Below, piece after piece: positions 24,501 to 36,500 of a stretch of 64,000 bases of DNA. This DNA comes from Laetmonice hystrix. Lineage: Eukaryota. A program made the translations under genes and the position numbers. How positions within the stretch are numbered: the stretch's first letter is position 1; every line of letters starts with the position of its first letter. Where the stretch lies: assembly GCA_965235115.1 (NCBI GenBank), contig OZ249440.1, positions 35,094,001 to 35,158,000 on the forward strand. Reading direction: 5' to 3'. The notes under the pieces are model-generated. The model searched no databases, had not been told where the DNA came from, and saw only the letters and a program-made list of their open reading frames with translations.

Positions 24501-27500
24501 GCAACTTTTGCAGAAATGGCTGAGAAATATGGACAGAAAGGACTTTTTGTTGAGGTTGAAGAACTCATTTTGATGGTGGATTGAGGAGGATTGTGAACAA
24601 GCAAAACAGAACAACGATCCTTCGTCCTTTCTTGAAACCGGAAAACGCACACACAGCTTTCCCTTTTTTATTTTCCTTGTTACAGGAGATTTCCGATATT
24701 GAGTTGATCAGCCGTAAGGTGGCAGCACATATGCATATACAAAAACTTCAGTTTACCTAAGCCAACACCCCCACTTAAACTTAAGTTTCATAAGTTATGT
24801 GCCTCCTAGGTTTACAAATTTGGTCAATTTTACTTTGGTTACAGGTTTTGTGAATACGTCTGCTACGTTATCCTCGGATTGTATGTATTTCAGTGTTATT
24901 GTTTCTCTCTGAACTTCTAGTCTCACAAAGTGGTATCTGATGTCAATATGTTTTGACCTTTGATGTTGCACTGGGTTTTTGGCCAAAGCTATGGCACTCT
25001 GATTGTCTACGTACAATAATACACTTTGTTTCTCCTCAGGACCTTTCATGTCTTTGAGAAGCTGGCTAAGAAACTTTGCCTCTTGAGTGGCAGCTGCTAG
25101 AGCCATGTACTCAGCCTCACATGTAGATAACGCTACAGTTTGTTGCTTTCTACTCTTCCAAGAAATCAATGGTCCGTTCTCGGATAACTGAAAACCATAT
25201 CCAGTTATACTACGCCTATCCTCTGACGCACCCCAGTCAGCATCGCAGAATCCACTTAGTTTCAACGGAACATCTGATTTTCGGAACTTTAACCTGTAAT
25301 CTAGCGTGCCCTTTAGATAACGTAAGACATGTTTGCCCATGTTGAGATGAGCTTTTGTTGGGTTTGCCATATGTTGTGATAGCTTTGTCACAATATAACA
25401 TAAATCTGGTCTGGTCGCTGTCATACAATAAATGAGACTACCAACGATCTCTCTGTAGAGTCGGGCATCAGCTAACTCTGTAGAATCCTCATCTCTGACG
25501 TTCCCTGAACCTGGTTCACATGGGGTTGCTCTAGGCTTGCAATCCTCCATTTTGAATTTGCATAGCACCTTCTCTAGATACTTCTTTTGATTCATTTCAA
25601 TAGAGTCATTTCCACATTTAAACTCTATACCTAGATACCATGATAACTTTCCTAGGTCTTTCATCCTGAATCTACGACATAGGGCATCCTTCACACTGTA
25701 TAATGTGTACTCGTCGCTGGCTGCAATAATTATGTCATCAACCCAAATAACTATAGTAGCCCTAGAGTCCTCACTAAATCTGTGATATACACACAAATCT
25801 GTTTGTGATTGCTGAAACCCTTGCTCAAGTAAATATGCATGTAACATGTTGTTCCAGTTGCGTCCACTTTGTTTTAAACCATACAGGGATTTCTTCAATT
25901 TGTACACAAGCTTTTCACCACTTTCACTACGTACTTTGTAGCCTTCTGGTTGTTCCATGTAAATCTCACAATCTATTGGGGCATTCAAATAAGCCGCTTT
26001 CACATCCATCTGATGTATCAGTAAGTTGTCTTGTACTGCCAATTGCACCAGCATACGTACTGAAGTAACACGTGCTGTAGGTGAGAATGTTTCCTGATAA
26101 TCTATATTTTGAACCTGTGAGTAACCTTTTGCTACAAATCGGGCTTTGTGCTGTTCCTCCCCGTCTGGACCAAGTTTAACAGCGTATACCCATCTTCCCC
26201 CCACTACAGTTCTACCTTCTGGTAATGAGGTAAGTTCGAATGTGTCATTTTCTTTTAGTGCATTAACTTCATCATCCATGGCTTTTTGCCATTCCCATGA
26301 CTCTGGTGACGAAACTGCTTCTTGATACGACCCTGGTATATTTGCCACTCGATAACAATAGTCAACTGTAGAGTTCGAACCATTCTCTAAACCTGTGACA
26401 TAGTCTTCTAAATATTTTGGCCTGTGACGCTCCCTCCTGGGATACCTACCAGTGTCATCGTCCCCCTCTTTATTTACATTCCCGTCTACCTCTACATTTT
26501 CATTTGTATCAGTGACTGGCTCATTTTCGACTGGTTCTGACACTCGCGTTTCCACGTACTCGTACACTGGTTCTGGGTTTTCTTTAACGTCATTAAAACT
26601 GTCAGTGAATTTCACACATCTCACTCTTCTAACCTCATTTCTTTCTTGGAAATACACAAGATAGGCTGGGCTGCCTCTATCATAGCCTACAAATATGCCT
26701 CTTTCACTCCGTGCATCAAGTTTCTTTTTGTTTTGCACATAGGCATAACATACTGTACCAAATATATGCATACTGCTCAGATCGGGTTTTTGACCTGTGA
26801 ATGCTTCCAATGGGGTCTTCCCAATCCTAGGGTTATAACACCTATTTCGAATATAGGCTGAAGTCATCACAGCATACGTCCATAGTCTTTTTGGTAGTTT
26901 TGCTTCTAGCAGCAGGCATCTACTCATATCAAACAAAGACCTCCATGCTCGTTCAACTGTGCCGTTTTGGTGTGGTGAATATGGGGCTGTTTTCTCATGT
27001 TTGATACAGTTTTTGACTAAGAGAGACTCAAAACATTCACTTGTAAATTCACCGCCATTGTCTGACCTTATGCACTTGAGTGTACCATATGGGGCACAAT
27101 CCGCAATGAACTTTTCTGTAGCTTTTACAGTATCTGATTTGTTTTTGAGGAAATACACCATGTTGACACCCGAGTAGTCGTCTACAAATGACAATGCATA
27201 TCTGAACCCATCTTTAGCTACTGGATCCACTGGACCTGCTAAATCACAATATACTAGTTGCAATGGGACAGTGGCTCTTCTATCTGGCTCTCTATTCCTG
27301 TACTGGGGCATTTTACCAGTGACACATGTCTCACATTTAAAATTGCTTCTATTGCTTAGCTTCATGCCATCTACCACCGGTTCAAGTTTTAACACATCTC
27401 TTACGTTACAATGACCAAGAATTTTGTGCCATCCTTCCACAGTGTGGGAACTCTCCCTGCCTATTACAGTGTTGTTTAAGAAATACAGTCGGCCACGTTT

Positions 27501-30500
27501 TTCTATACCAAATATGGTACCATCTGGGGCTTTCAGTTCCGCAAAATCTGGGGTAAAGTTAACCCTTGCCCCTTTTCCTGTTGCCGCTTGGACTGAGAAT
27601 ATATTCTGTTTGTAGGACGGAACATACAGTGCATTTTCTAGAACCGCTTTGTGTGGGTTGCCATTCACATCATAGAGTAGGACACTTGCTTTTCCTCGGC
27701 CTGATGCTACACCATTTGTTCTAGTACCATTTGCTAACTCTATGTAGTGACTCTCTGGATCGAATGTTTCATCAAATTCTTCGAACTTTGACCTGTCATT
27801 AATAATATGAGCGGTCGCCCCACAATCTACCAACAAACTGTACGAGTTGTCCTCACTGGGTTTACACACATCTACATGGTCTACACTTGCTTTAAATGCA
27901 AAAGAATGTGGCTGACTGTTTCCATATTTTTCTGTACCCCTATCATTGTTTACACTTGCATACTTAGCGGAATCCTTCTTCCGACAGAATTTTGTATCAT
28001 GTGTATTTGACTTACAATTATCACACCACCTTCCTCTCCTCCTTTTGTCTTTACTCTTACACTCATAGACCTTATGACCTGGTTTCCCGCATGCATAACA
28101 TGTAATTTCATTTCCAGTTCTTGTGTCATATTGCTTAGCTTTCATAACGCTATCTTGAGCTGGCGCTCCTGCTCCCGATGACTGTTGGCATTTTTCAGTT
28201 TCTTCAAAGTTCCTTAGTGCTACCTTGAAATCAGTAAAGTCCATCTTCTGTTGACCTTGGTTTACAACGGTTGAAAACGTCTTGAATTCAGTCGGTAGTC
28301 CTTTCAACACCATCGCAATAAGGAGACTGTCGCTAACGGTCTCGCCTGCATCCTTCAATGACGTCGCCGCAGTCTCAGCTCGGATCACATAGTCCGTCAC
28401 ACATTCATCGGTTCCCTTCTTGAGTGACGTCAACTCTGTATATAATGCGATGATTCTTGGTTTACCTCGTCCTTGGTAATGATCCCTCAAGATTTTCAGG
28501 GCCTTTCTTCCATCATTCTTTGCATCTCGGATTATCATAGACAAACTTCTGTCGTCTAGGTACTGTACAAGTTCGGCAAAGGCATCTGCATTCTTCGCCT
28601 CATCGGGAGGATCGTCTCCCGGCTTGATAACATCATCAAGTTTTTGCAGCCTCATATGTCCGAGGAATTTCACCTCCCACAACTCATATTTGCTTTCATC
28701 ACCATCAAAGAGCAAGCGGTGTCTGGGCCCATAACCTGTTGAGGTTGAAGAACTCATTTTGATGGTGGATTGAGGAGGATTGTGAACAAGCAAAACAGAA
28801 CAACGATCCTTCGTCCTTTCTTGAAACCGGAAAACGCACACACAGCTTTCCCTTTTTTATTTTCCTTGTTACAGGAGATTTCCGATATTGAGTTGATCAG
28901 CCGTAAGGTGGCAGCACATATGCATATACAAAAACTTCAGTTTACCTAAGCCAACACTTTTTGCCGACACAGTCATCGAGGATTTGCTCGGATCATTTCC
29001 TTCCCAGTTGTTTTGAGGAGGACCTTTACGCAAAGTATATGCCCGCTGAACAACTAGGCCAAGGGTCCCGTTTACGGAGGCGGAACCTGAAAGTTGGAGC
29101 GGTGCCAACAGAGTTTGCGCACAGAAAGTCTGAAGAACCCAAACAAGCCTCACTTGACCGTGACGAGAGAAGGAGAAGAAGAGCCATCATGAAAGAGGTG
29201 GGTGTTAACTAGGCCTAATGCCAGCTTTTAACTTTGTGCAGGTGCAGGGCCTTGACCTCTATTATCGCTCATGTCAATCGGCAGTCGCCCTTCCCCAGTG
29301 CCAGGCGGGCAGACAAGGAGCCTCGACCGTTCGGGTTAGGCCTGTGTTTGTGTGGCTGATCAAATAAGCAAGGCCGCCCGCAAGGCCTATGTTGTAGCTT
29401 ATCTTCACCTGTTTACTTGGTCCACTCCATGTCTTGGGTTAGAAGTTAGGACCATGTCTTGGGTTAGAAGTTAGAGTTAGTCCTACTATATATGTCTAGA
29501 CTATAACGTTAGTATTATAGGGCCTATTTCCTGTCTATAGATCTACCAGTCTATTTAGTACGGTATAGTGAATGACTATACCGTCCATAGTTCCATACCC
29601 AGGGTATTTGGTCAAAGCTTCCGGTTGCTAACACGTCTGGGTCAAAGTGTCCGGCGGGATAGTCAAAGTGTCCGCCGGGGTAGTCAAAGGGTACGCTAAG
29701 CATCTCGAACTAACGTACTTGAGGTCAGTGTTCAAAAAATAAGAGGCATATTCAATCGTAATTGCCAAGGGCGAGGTCACTTACCGGTATGACAGGCCAA
29801 CCAACCGGCCACTTTGCCCAACCTCAGCGGAGACTATAGCTCTTTTTTTTTTCTTTTTTTTTATAAAAATAACTAATACTGTCCACAGATTACGTAACAC
29901 TGTTTTTGCCTATTTTAAAGACCTCCCCCCCTAGCGGCGGATCCAGGGTTTTGCAACTGGGGGGGGGGGCTTCTTGAAGTATGTCAGCTGTTCTATCATC
30001 TATGTTTTATGTTCTATGTTCTAAAGGCTGAAACACCTGGTGCTGAAATGATGCCTGAGTCCCCCCTTGAAACAGAAATTGAAGAAAACCGTGAACCTGC
30101 AGAATCCGAGGTCAGTGTACTGGTAAATAACAAGCATCATAAAGTAATTTTCTTGAACCTTTAGTATGAGAAAAATATTTCGCCAATGAGAGTTTGACAT
30201 TTGCAGCCTTCTCAATAACCGTTTTCCCCGTCTACTGACTGCCGGCAACTTTTTCAAAAAAAAAAAATCATATCTTGCATATTTGAGTGCACACAATTCT
30301 GTTCGGTACGATCTGCTAGCAGCTGCATGGCCACCTCACTGACTTCATCCTGTACTTTTTTCTTACTGAAAGCCCTGCATTTGCATAAACAGTGCTATAA
30401 TCCTTTCAGGCACAGACAGAGAGAACACCGCAGAGAGAGCAAACGCCACAGAAAGAGACACTGAAGAATCTGTCTGTGTATAGTGTAGTGGCGACACCTC

Positions 30501-33500
30501 GACGGACAGCTAGTGACCTCAGCTACGATCTGCAGAGAGAGCAAACACCACAGAAACAACAGACACCGAAGAAGGATCTCTCTTTGTATAGTGTAGTTGC
30601 GACACCTCGACGGACAGCTAGAGACCACAGCTATGCGAAGAGCAGATGGATCTCTCGTGGGGTGCAGACCGAGAGACTGACAGTGCCTTCCCCTGAGCAT
30701 CGTTCACCTCCTGAGGCAGCAGAAGCACACATCACCAGTAGCAGCAGTGAAGTGGAAAGTGGGGAATCCGCAGATCTAAGCTCTTCAACAGAAGAAGAAA
30801 CACAAACTGATAGCGATCAAGAGACAAACAACCTATGTGAAATGAAGAAATTCATTGTATTTGCTGAGAACTTGGACAGCCTCCACAAGTTCTGCAACCA
30901 GTGTGGTGCACCAGTCGTGGAGAAAACCAGCAGAACGACTGGTTCAATGATAACTTACAAAGTGATGTGTCATGCAGGGCACAATTATACATGGAGGTCA
31001 CAGCCCATTGAACGAGCGCAGCCAGCAGGCAACCTGTTAGTATCAGCAGCCATACTAACCACTGGCAACACATTTGGGAAGATCAAAGCCTTTGCAGATG
31101 CCTTAAATCTGCAGCTGTTTTCCCGGACAATATATGAAAAAATTCAGAAGTCAACATTACTACCAGTTATACAAGAGGACTGGGAAAAAGAAAGGGAAGC
31201 GGCAGTGGAAGAAATCAAGACCAAGGCATCAGTTGTTCTGGGTGGCGATGGGCGTTGCGATACCCCTGGACATTGTGCCAAATATGGCACATACAGTCTG
31301 ATGAGCGTCGATGGGAGTGGCAGCCAGGGCACCAGAAAGATTGTCATGATGAAACTTGTGCAGGTTTCAGAGGTATGTTGGAACAATTATTCACTTACTG
31401 TTTGCACACATTACAATTTGCATAATAATTCAGGGTAAAATGTAATATGCACACCTTTTATGCAGAATTATGAAGGTCATTCACAGTGAATCCCATTCCA
31501 TATTCACTTCCCACTTTGTATTTACAAACAAAGTTTCTTTTTTCAAGGTGAAAAACTCCAACCATATGGAACCAGAGGGGCTGAAACGATGTTTGGATGC
31601 AGTCCTCGAAAGTGGTGTCAATGTGGACATTCTGGCAACAGATCGCCATCTCATGGTTGGTAGCATGATGAAGAAAGATTACCCCGAGGTTTGTTGTTCG
31701 GCTCAGTCACAATCAGGGTACCCAGTGGTTTGCAAATTGGTCCAATTTTTTTTTTCCTCAAATAGGAGTAAGTTATACATTGATTTTTGCAGAAATGTGT
31801 CAGGATTCAAATATAACAAACCCTGTGAAGCATTCGCACTCTGTTTTCGAGATATCAGGTTTTGAATAACATGTGTCCCATGGGGGTACGGACAGGACAG
31901 GGCTGCCGACAAACCAAATTCAGATCGTCAAATGACCAAGAGGGCTCTTGAAACAGATGTCAAACCGTGTCCAATCTGATCTCAGACCTACCAATACCAT
32001 CTGGGCTTATGTTTTAAGAACAAATGGCAAGCCGAATTGGATGAACAACCAAACAATAAATTGTATCAGATCAGTCCCGTCGTGAACGAAAGGTATCATC
32101 ACGGCCTGACCCAACGTAGGCATGAAATTGTCTTTACTGGATGCAGGATTGGTCATTCTAGATTAATCCACGTTTTTTTATTGAAGGGGAGCCACCTCCA
32201 GAATGTTTTGGCTGTCAATGTCCTTTGACACTGAAGCATCTTTTACTTGAGTGTGGTGATTTTACTCTGATCAGACAACTGTTTTATAATGAGACAAGTC
32301 TTAAGGACCTTTTTAGCAATGTCAGACCAGTATGTGATTTTAGAGTTTTTGCCAGAGGCTGGACTTCTCACTCTTTTATAGTTCAGGCTCGTCGATAGCC
32401 CTATTGGGCTGACAGGATTGAGTTTGGCCGTTTCTTCCAAACAGATAAACCGATTTCATTGAAAATTTTTCACACAATAACTTTAGGGTATCATCAACAA
32501 GTCTGCAAAATATCTAAAAGATCGGACGGAAATTATGCGAGTATTGTCAAATATGCACAATATGGCACAAGTAGTGCAAACCCGTAACAACTAAAACCTG
32601 CCATTCTTCCACATGTAAAACCACTTTTAGAAACATGAACTTCAACATCGACCAAAAGAAGGTGCATGGATGTATGTGTGTTAACAAGACACTTCGCATA
32701 ATGAACATAAACTGTGGCTATTTATTGGTATAGGTGTGCAAAGGTTGCTGTAACATTACATAGTCCTAAAATGACACCTGATTGTGACTGAGCCGTCTTA
32801 CCGAATCTTATTACAGGGTTATTATCTGTCTCAATAACCATCAACGTCTTTCCTGACATTAATGTCAAAACCATATTGTAATAGACACTGTGTCACCATG
32901 GGTTTAACATACGATGTTTGAATATTGGTTTCGTTCCTAATAGATTAAAATTTCGTGGGTTTTATTTCTTAATTTGTTTATTTCGAACCGTTTTAATTTT
33001 TGCGGATTTGTATAATTTGCGTGGGTTATCACCAGAAACGCCCTTTTTTCAACCTTGCCCGTTACGGAACCCCATTGTTTTGTACTTCCAGGTGGAACAT
33101 CAGTATGACGTTTGGCATCTGTCTAAAAGCGTCATGAAGCAACTTAGTGCAAAAGCAAAGACCAAGGGGTGTGAAGAGTTAGGAAAGTGGATCCAAAGTA
33201 TATGTAATCATCTGTGGTGGTGTTGTGTTGTGCAACGTGCAATGGTGATGCACAGTTACTGAGGTAAGTTTAAACAGTTGTAAGAGAACTATACACTCAT
33301 GTGCACAATTTTATAATACTGTGATTTTTTTTCTGTATTACACAACAATAATTACCGAATCCCTCTACATCTATTTTGGAGTAATTCCATCTTTCTTGTT
33401 TCAGAGAGAAATGGCTGTCCATGATGAACCATGTGATCAACCAACATGCCTGGACAGGGAACAGCGTGTATCACAAGTGCCAGCACGCTCCCATATCCAG

Positions 33501-36500
33501 AACAAAGTGGCTGAAACCAACGTCGGCGGCATTCAACGCCCTCGGAGGTGTCATCAGCAATACTAGGCTACTAAACTCATTGAGTCACCTGACAAAATTC
33601 TGCCATACCGGTGAACTTGAAGTCTTCCACAGTATGCTGCTGAAGTATTGCCCCAAGCGACAGCACTTCACGTATGCAGGTACGATAAAATAAGAACTAT
33701 TTTCTTCATCTACAGTGTCCAACAAGACTGACTCATTTATTATGATTTATGGTACATATTTTATAATGAGTATAGTTTCAATTTTTCAAGGTATGGTCAT
33801 CTTGGCTTTACCATGATTAGTTCATAAGTGCTCAAAACATTGTGATTATATCAGTCTTTAAAATAAGCTACAGAACAGTGTATACTACTGTGTAAATTTA
33901 TTACGCCCTCCTGAATCTTACGTTTGATATATGTAAATATAATTGCTCGTTTGTTACACACTGTGTAGAGGCATATGAAAATAATATGAATAACAAGAGA
34001 AGTATTTCACACATATTATTGTCCCTAACATCGCCACACATTATTCTTGCAGTGATGTCGGCACGACTCATGCTTGCTGCAATCGATTGGAATGGCACGG
34101 AACGGGAGGAAGAACTGGACGAGTCTGGTCAACCAAAAACCTCTATGGTTTTCTCGAAGCGCAGAAAGGCATTTGTCTTGAGGAAATGCTACAAATACCA
34201 GAAGTCTGACCATGCACGTCGTCTGCTCAAGCGCACCTACCAGGTTCACAAGGAAGGCATCAAACTTCCCCCCATCCAGGTGCCCACTGGCCTCCCCAAG
34301 GTTGTTTCAGGAGGGATTCCCATTCCCAAAAAAGTGGAGTTAACCAAGAAATTTAAGTCACGATTTCAGAAAGACCAATAAGCTATTGAGGATGTCAGTG
34401 AAGCTGGTAATTATCAGTTGTGGAAGGGGGGGGCGATGTTTGTTTTTTTTAAACCGTCTTGATCCAAAGTATTTTAGATACATGTACAATGGTATCATGT
34501 TAACCGTTTTGTAGGACGAGAGCTGCAGAGTTATATGAAAAGTACAAGCATAGAAAATATTGCCATAAGATCTGTAGATTTCTGATACGGATGAGGATTT
34601 AGGAATTTTGATACATATCTTGTTTGGGATATTATTTAGCTGCATGTGATATGTAAAATACGTTTTATATCTTCTTGTTCAGTATACTCGATTGGATCAT
34701 ACGACTTGTACATTTCTTCCCAATTAGTGGAGCTGGAAGGTAGCATGTTAATAAATAAAGACACCACTTTTAAGCTACATAGCCACTCGTGAAAGTCATT
34801 TATTTTCATATCATTGCTCGGAAATCTCGTGACATCACTTGCAGGGCCATACAATTGAATAGTACTTAATACAAAACTGCTTTACGAGCACTACGCGAGT
34901 ACAACCACCTCATATCCGATATGGTTATACAAAACTGCTATACGAGTACAACCACTTCATGTATGATATGATTGCTGCCCCCCCCCCCCCCCCCAGCTCT
35001 GGAAAATTAGGAAATTTGGCATCAACACTAGATCATAAAGTGACCCAATTACAGTGCAGTTTTCCCAAGTTGAGGAATTCCTAAGGCCCGACCAGACAGA
35101 TTAAAAAAAATTAGGAAATTTTAGGTGCTCCTAAGTTGAGGGATTACTAAGAAACTTAAGTCTTAAATTTTGTCTGAGACTGGTCTTAAAAAGGTCTTAA
35201 ATTTGTTAAATGTTAAATCCATAAGAGATTACACACCTTTATCAAGTTCTATCAACAGGTTATAGAAACCCTACAGGCAATGTAATTACTGTAAAAAAAT
35301 ATGATGCAAAAACATGATGCAAAAACAAAGGTCCAAAGTTATGGTTCATCATCACTGGAATCCGACCGATATGGTTCATACTGTTCATCACATCCCTTGG
35401 GGAACCTTTTCCTAATGGCATGGACGGCACAAGCTGGCAACACGCGTCGGCAGGATGCCCCAAGTCTACCGTGTAGCCACCACGTACATTGTCTGTAAGC
35501 AGCATAGCGGAGAGACCTAAAACAAATATTGCAAAATTTAGCCATTATCTGGTGTTGATCTTGTACTCAAGAGTCAATAACGTTTATGTAAATGACTTCT
35601 ACTTAGTGTAAAAATTCTTAGATATCAGATAAAATTGCTCAGTCCATTTGTATCAAAGCACCTGATGGGGATGCATTACGGTACCTGTTATCTAGTCCAT
35701 TCACTTCCCACTGATCTCCCCGGAAGTTGTTCAATGAAACTAGCACATTCCTCAGGACCACTTCTGTCAGGCAGAGTATGTTGAAGTGCTCATTGCTTGT
35801 TATACAAATGTAATCATCTGCATTTGTAATCATCTGCAAAAAAAAAAAAAACCCAAAACTATTAGAGGGCTCAAATTAACCGGGTTCACATCGCAATTTG
35901 TCAGTGAAATTGCGAATCAAATTGACAAAATATATTATGTTTCGCAAATATTTTCAACCAAACACTAAGGCCTAGATCTATACTATATACCGTGTCTTAT
36001 TTCTGCCATTATTTGCGAATCAATTTTTAAAAATTATTTCGAGGCCTTGTTTGTAGTCTACATATCGGCAGCGCTAATATCGGTAATCGCTAATGCAGGC
36101 GTCACCCCATAAAATAACTAATCCGGAAAGAGAAGCTACATACCAGTTATCCCTGGACTAGCGTATCTTCTTGTTGCAATCCTTTCGCCGCAACATACAT
36201 GCTCTTTCGCCCGAGCTAGAGTTGTTTGTTCACAATGGCCGCATGTGCACCAGTCCGTGTTGCCCATTCGACTCGGACTGGGAGCATCAGGTCGGGGATC
36301 ATCGCCGTCGATTTCAACACCCTCGACGTCACTATCGCTGCTATTTTCTTCATCTTCAATCTGTGGCTCAAATTGGTAGCCTTGCAACCCATGCTCACTG
36401 ACGTTAAACGGGAAAAATTCCTCTTCACTTTCGCTACTACTGCTTGCGTAAGTCGCCATCTTGGTTGGGCCTTGCTCAACTTATGCTTGTGCGCATGCCT

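Larger units (their letters stand above)
24548..28956 (-). mobile_element. Complete, young Ty1/Copia LTR retrotransposon (4.4 kb)
   Basis: 220-bp TG...CA LTRs at 24548-24767 and 28737-28956 that read identical, a 5-bp TSD CTTTT (24543-47, 28957-61), PBS GGTTATGGGCCCAG and PPT TTAAGTGGGGG. Confidence 0.97.
24400..34381 (+). pseudogene. Kolobok transposase (THAP + DDE), disrupted. Segments: 24400-24547 and 28962-29197, 30410-31372, 31548-31688, 33092-33263, 33405-33679, 34053-34381
   Basis: [19 protein letters not shown]....[22 protein letters not shown] is split by the Copia. Other motifs: [37 protein letters not shown] 5-nt duplication near 33220 shifts the frame. Confidence 0.85.

Noticed and set aside
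24395..24652. 85-aa ORF with the same N-terminus as the Copia polyprotein
   Set aside because: It arises only because the start lies in the duplicated LTR, and it runs out into antisense THAP sequence.
35339..36459. Host P2X7 receptor gene
   Set aside because: There are no transmembrane or ectodomain exons. Only the ballast-like domain is present, and it lies inside a transposon.
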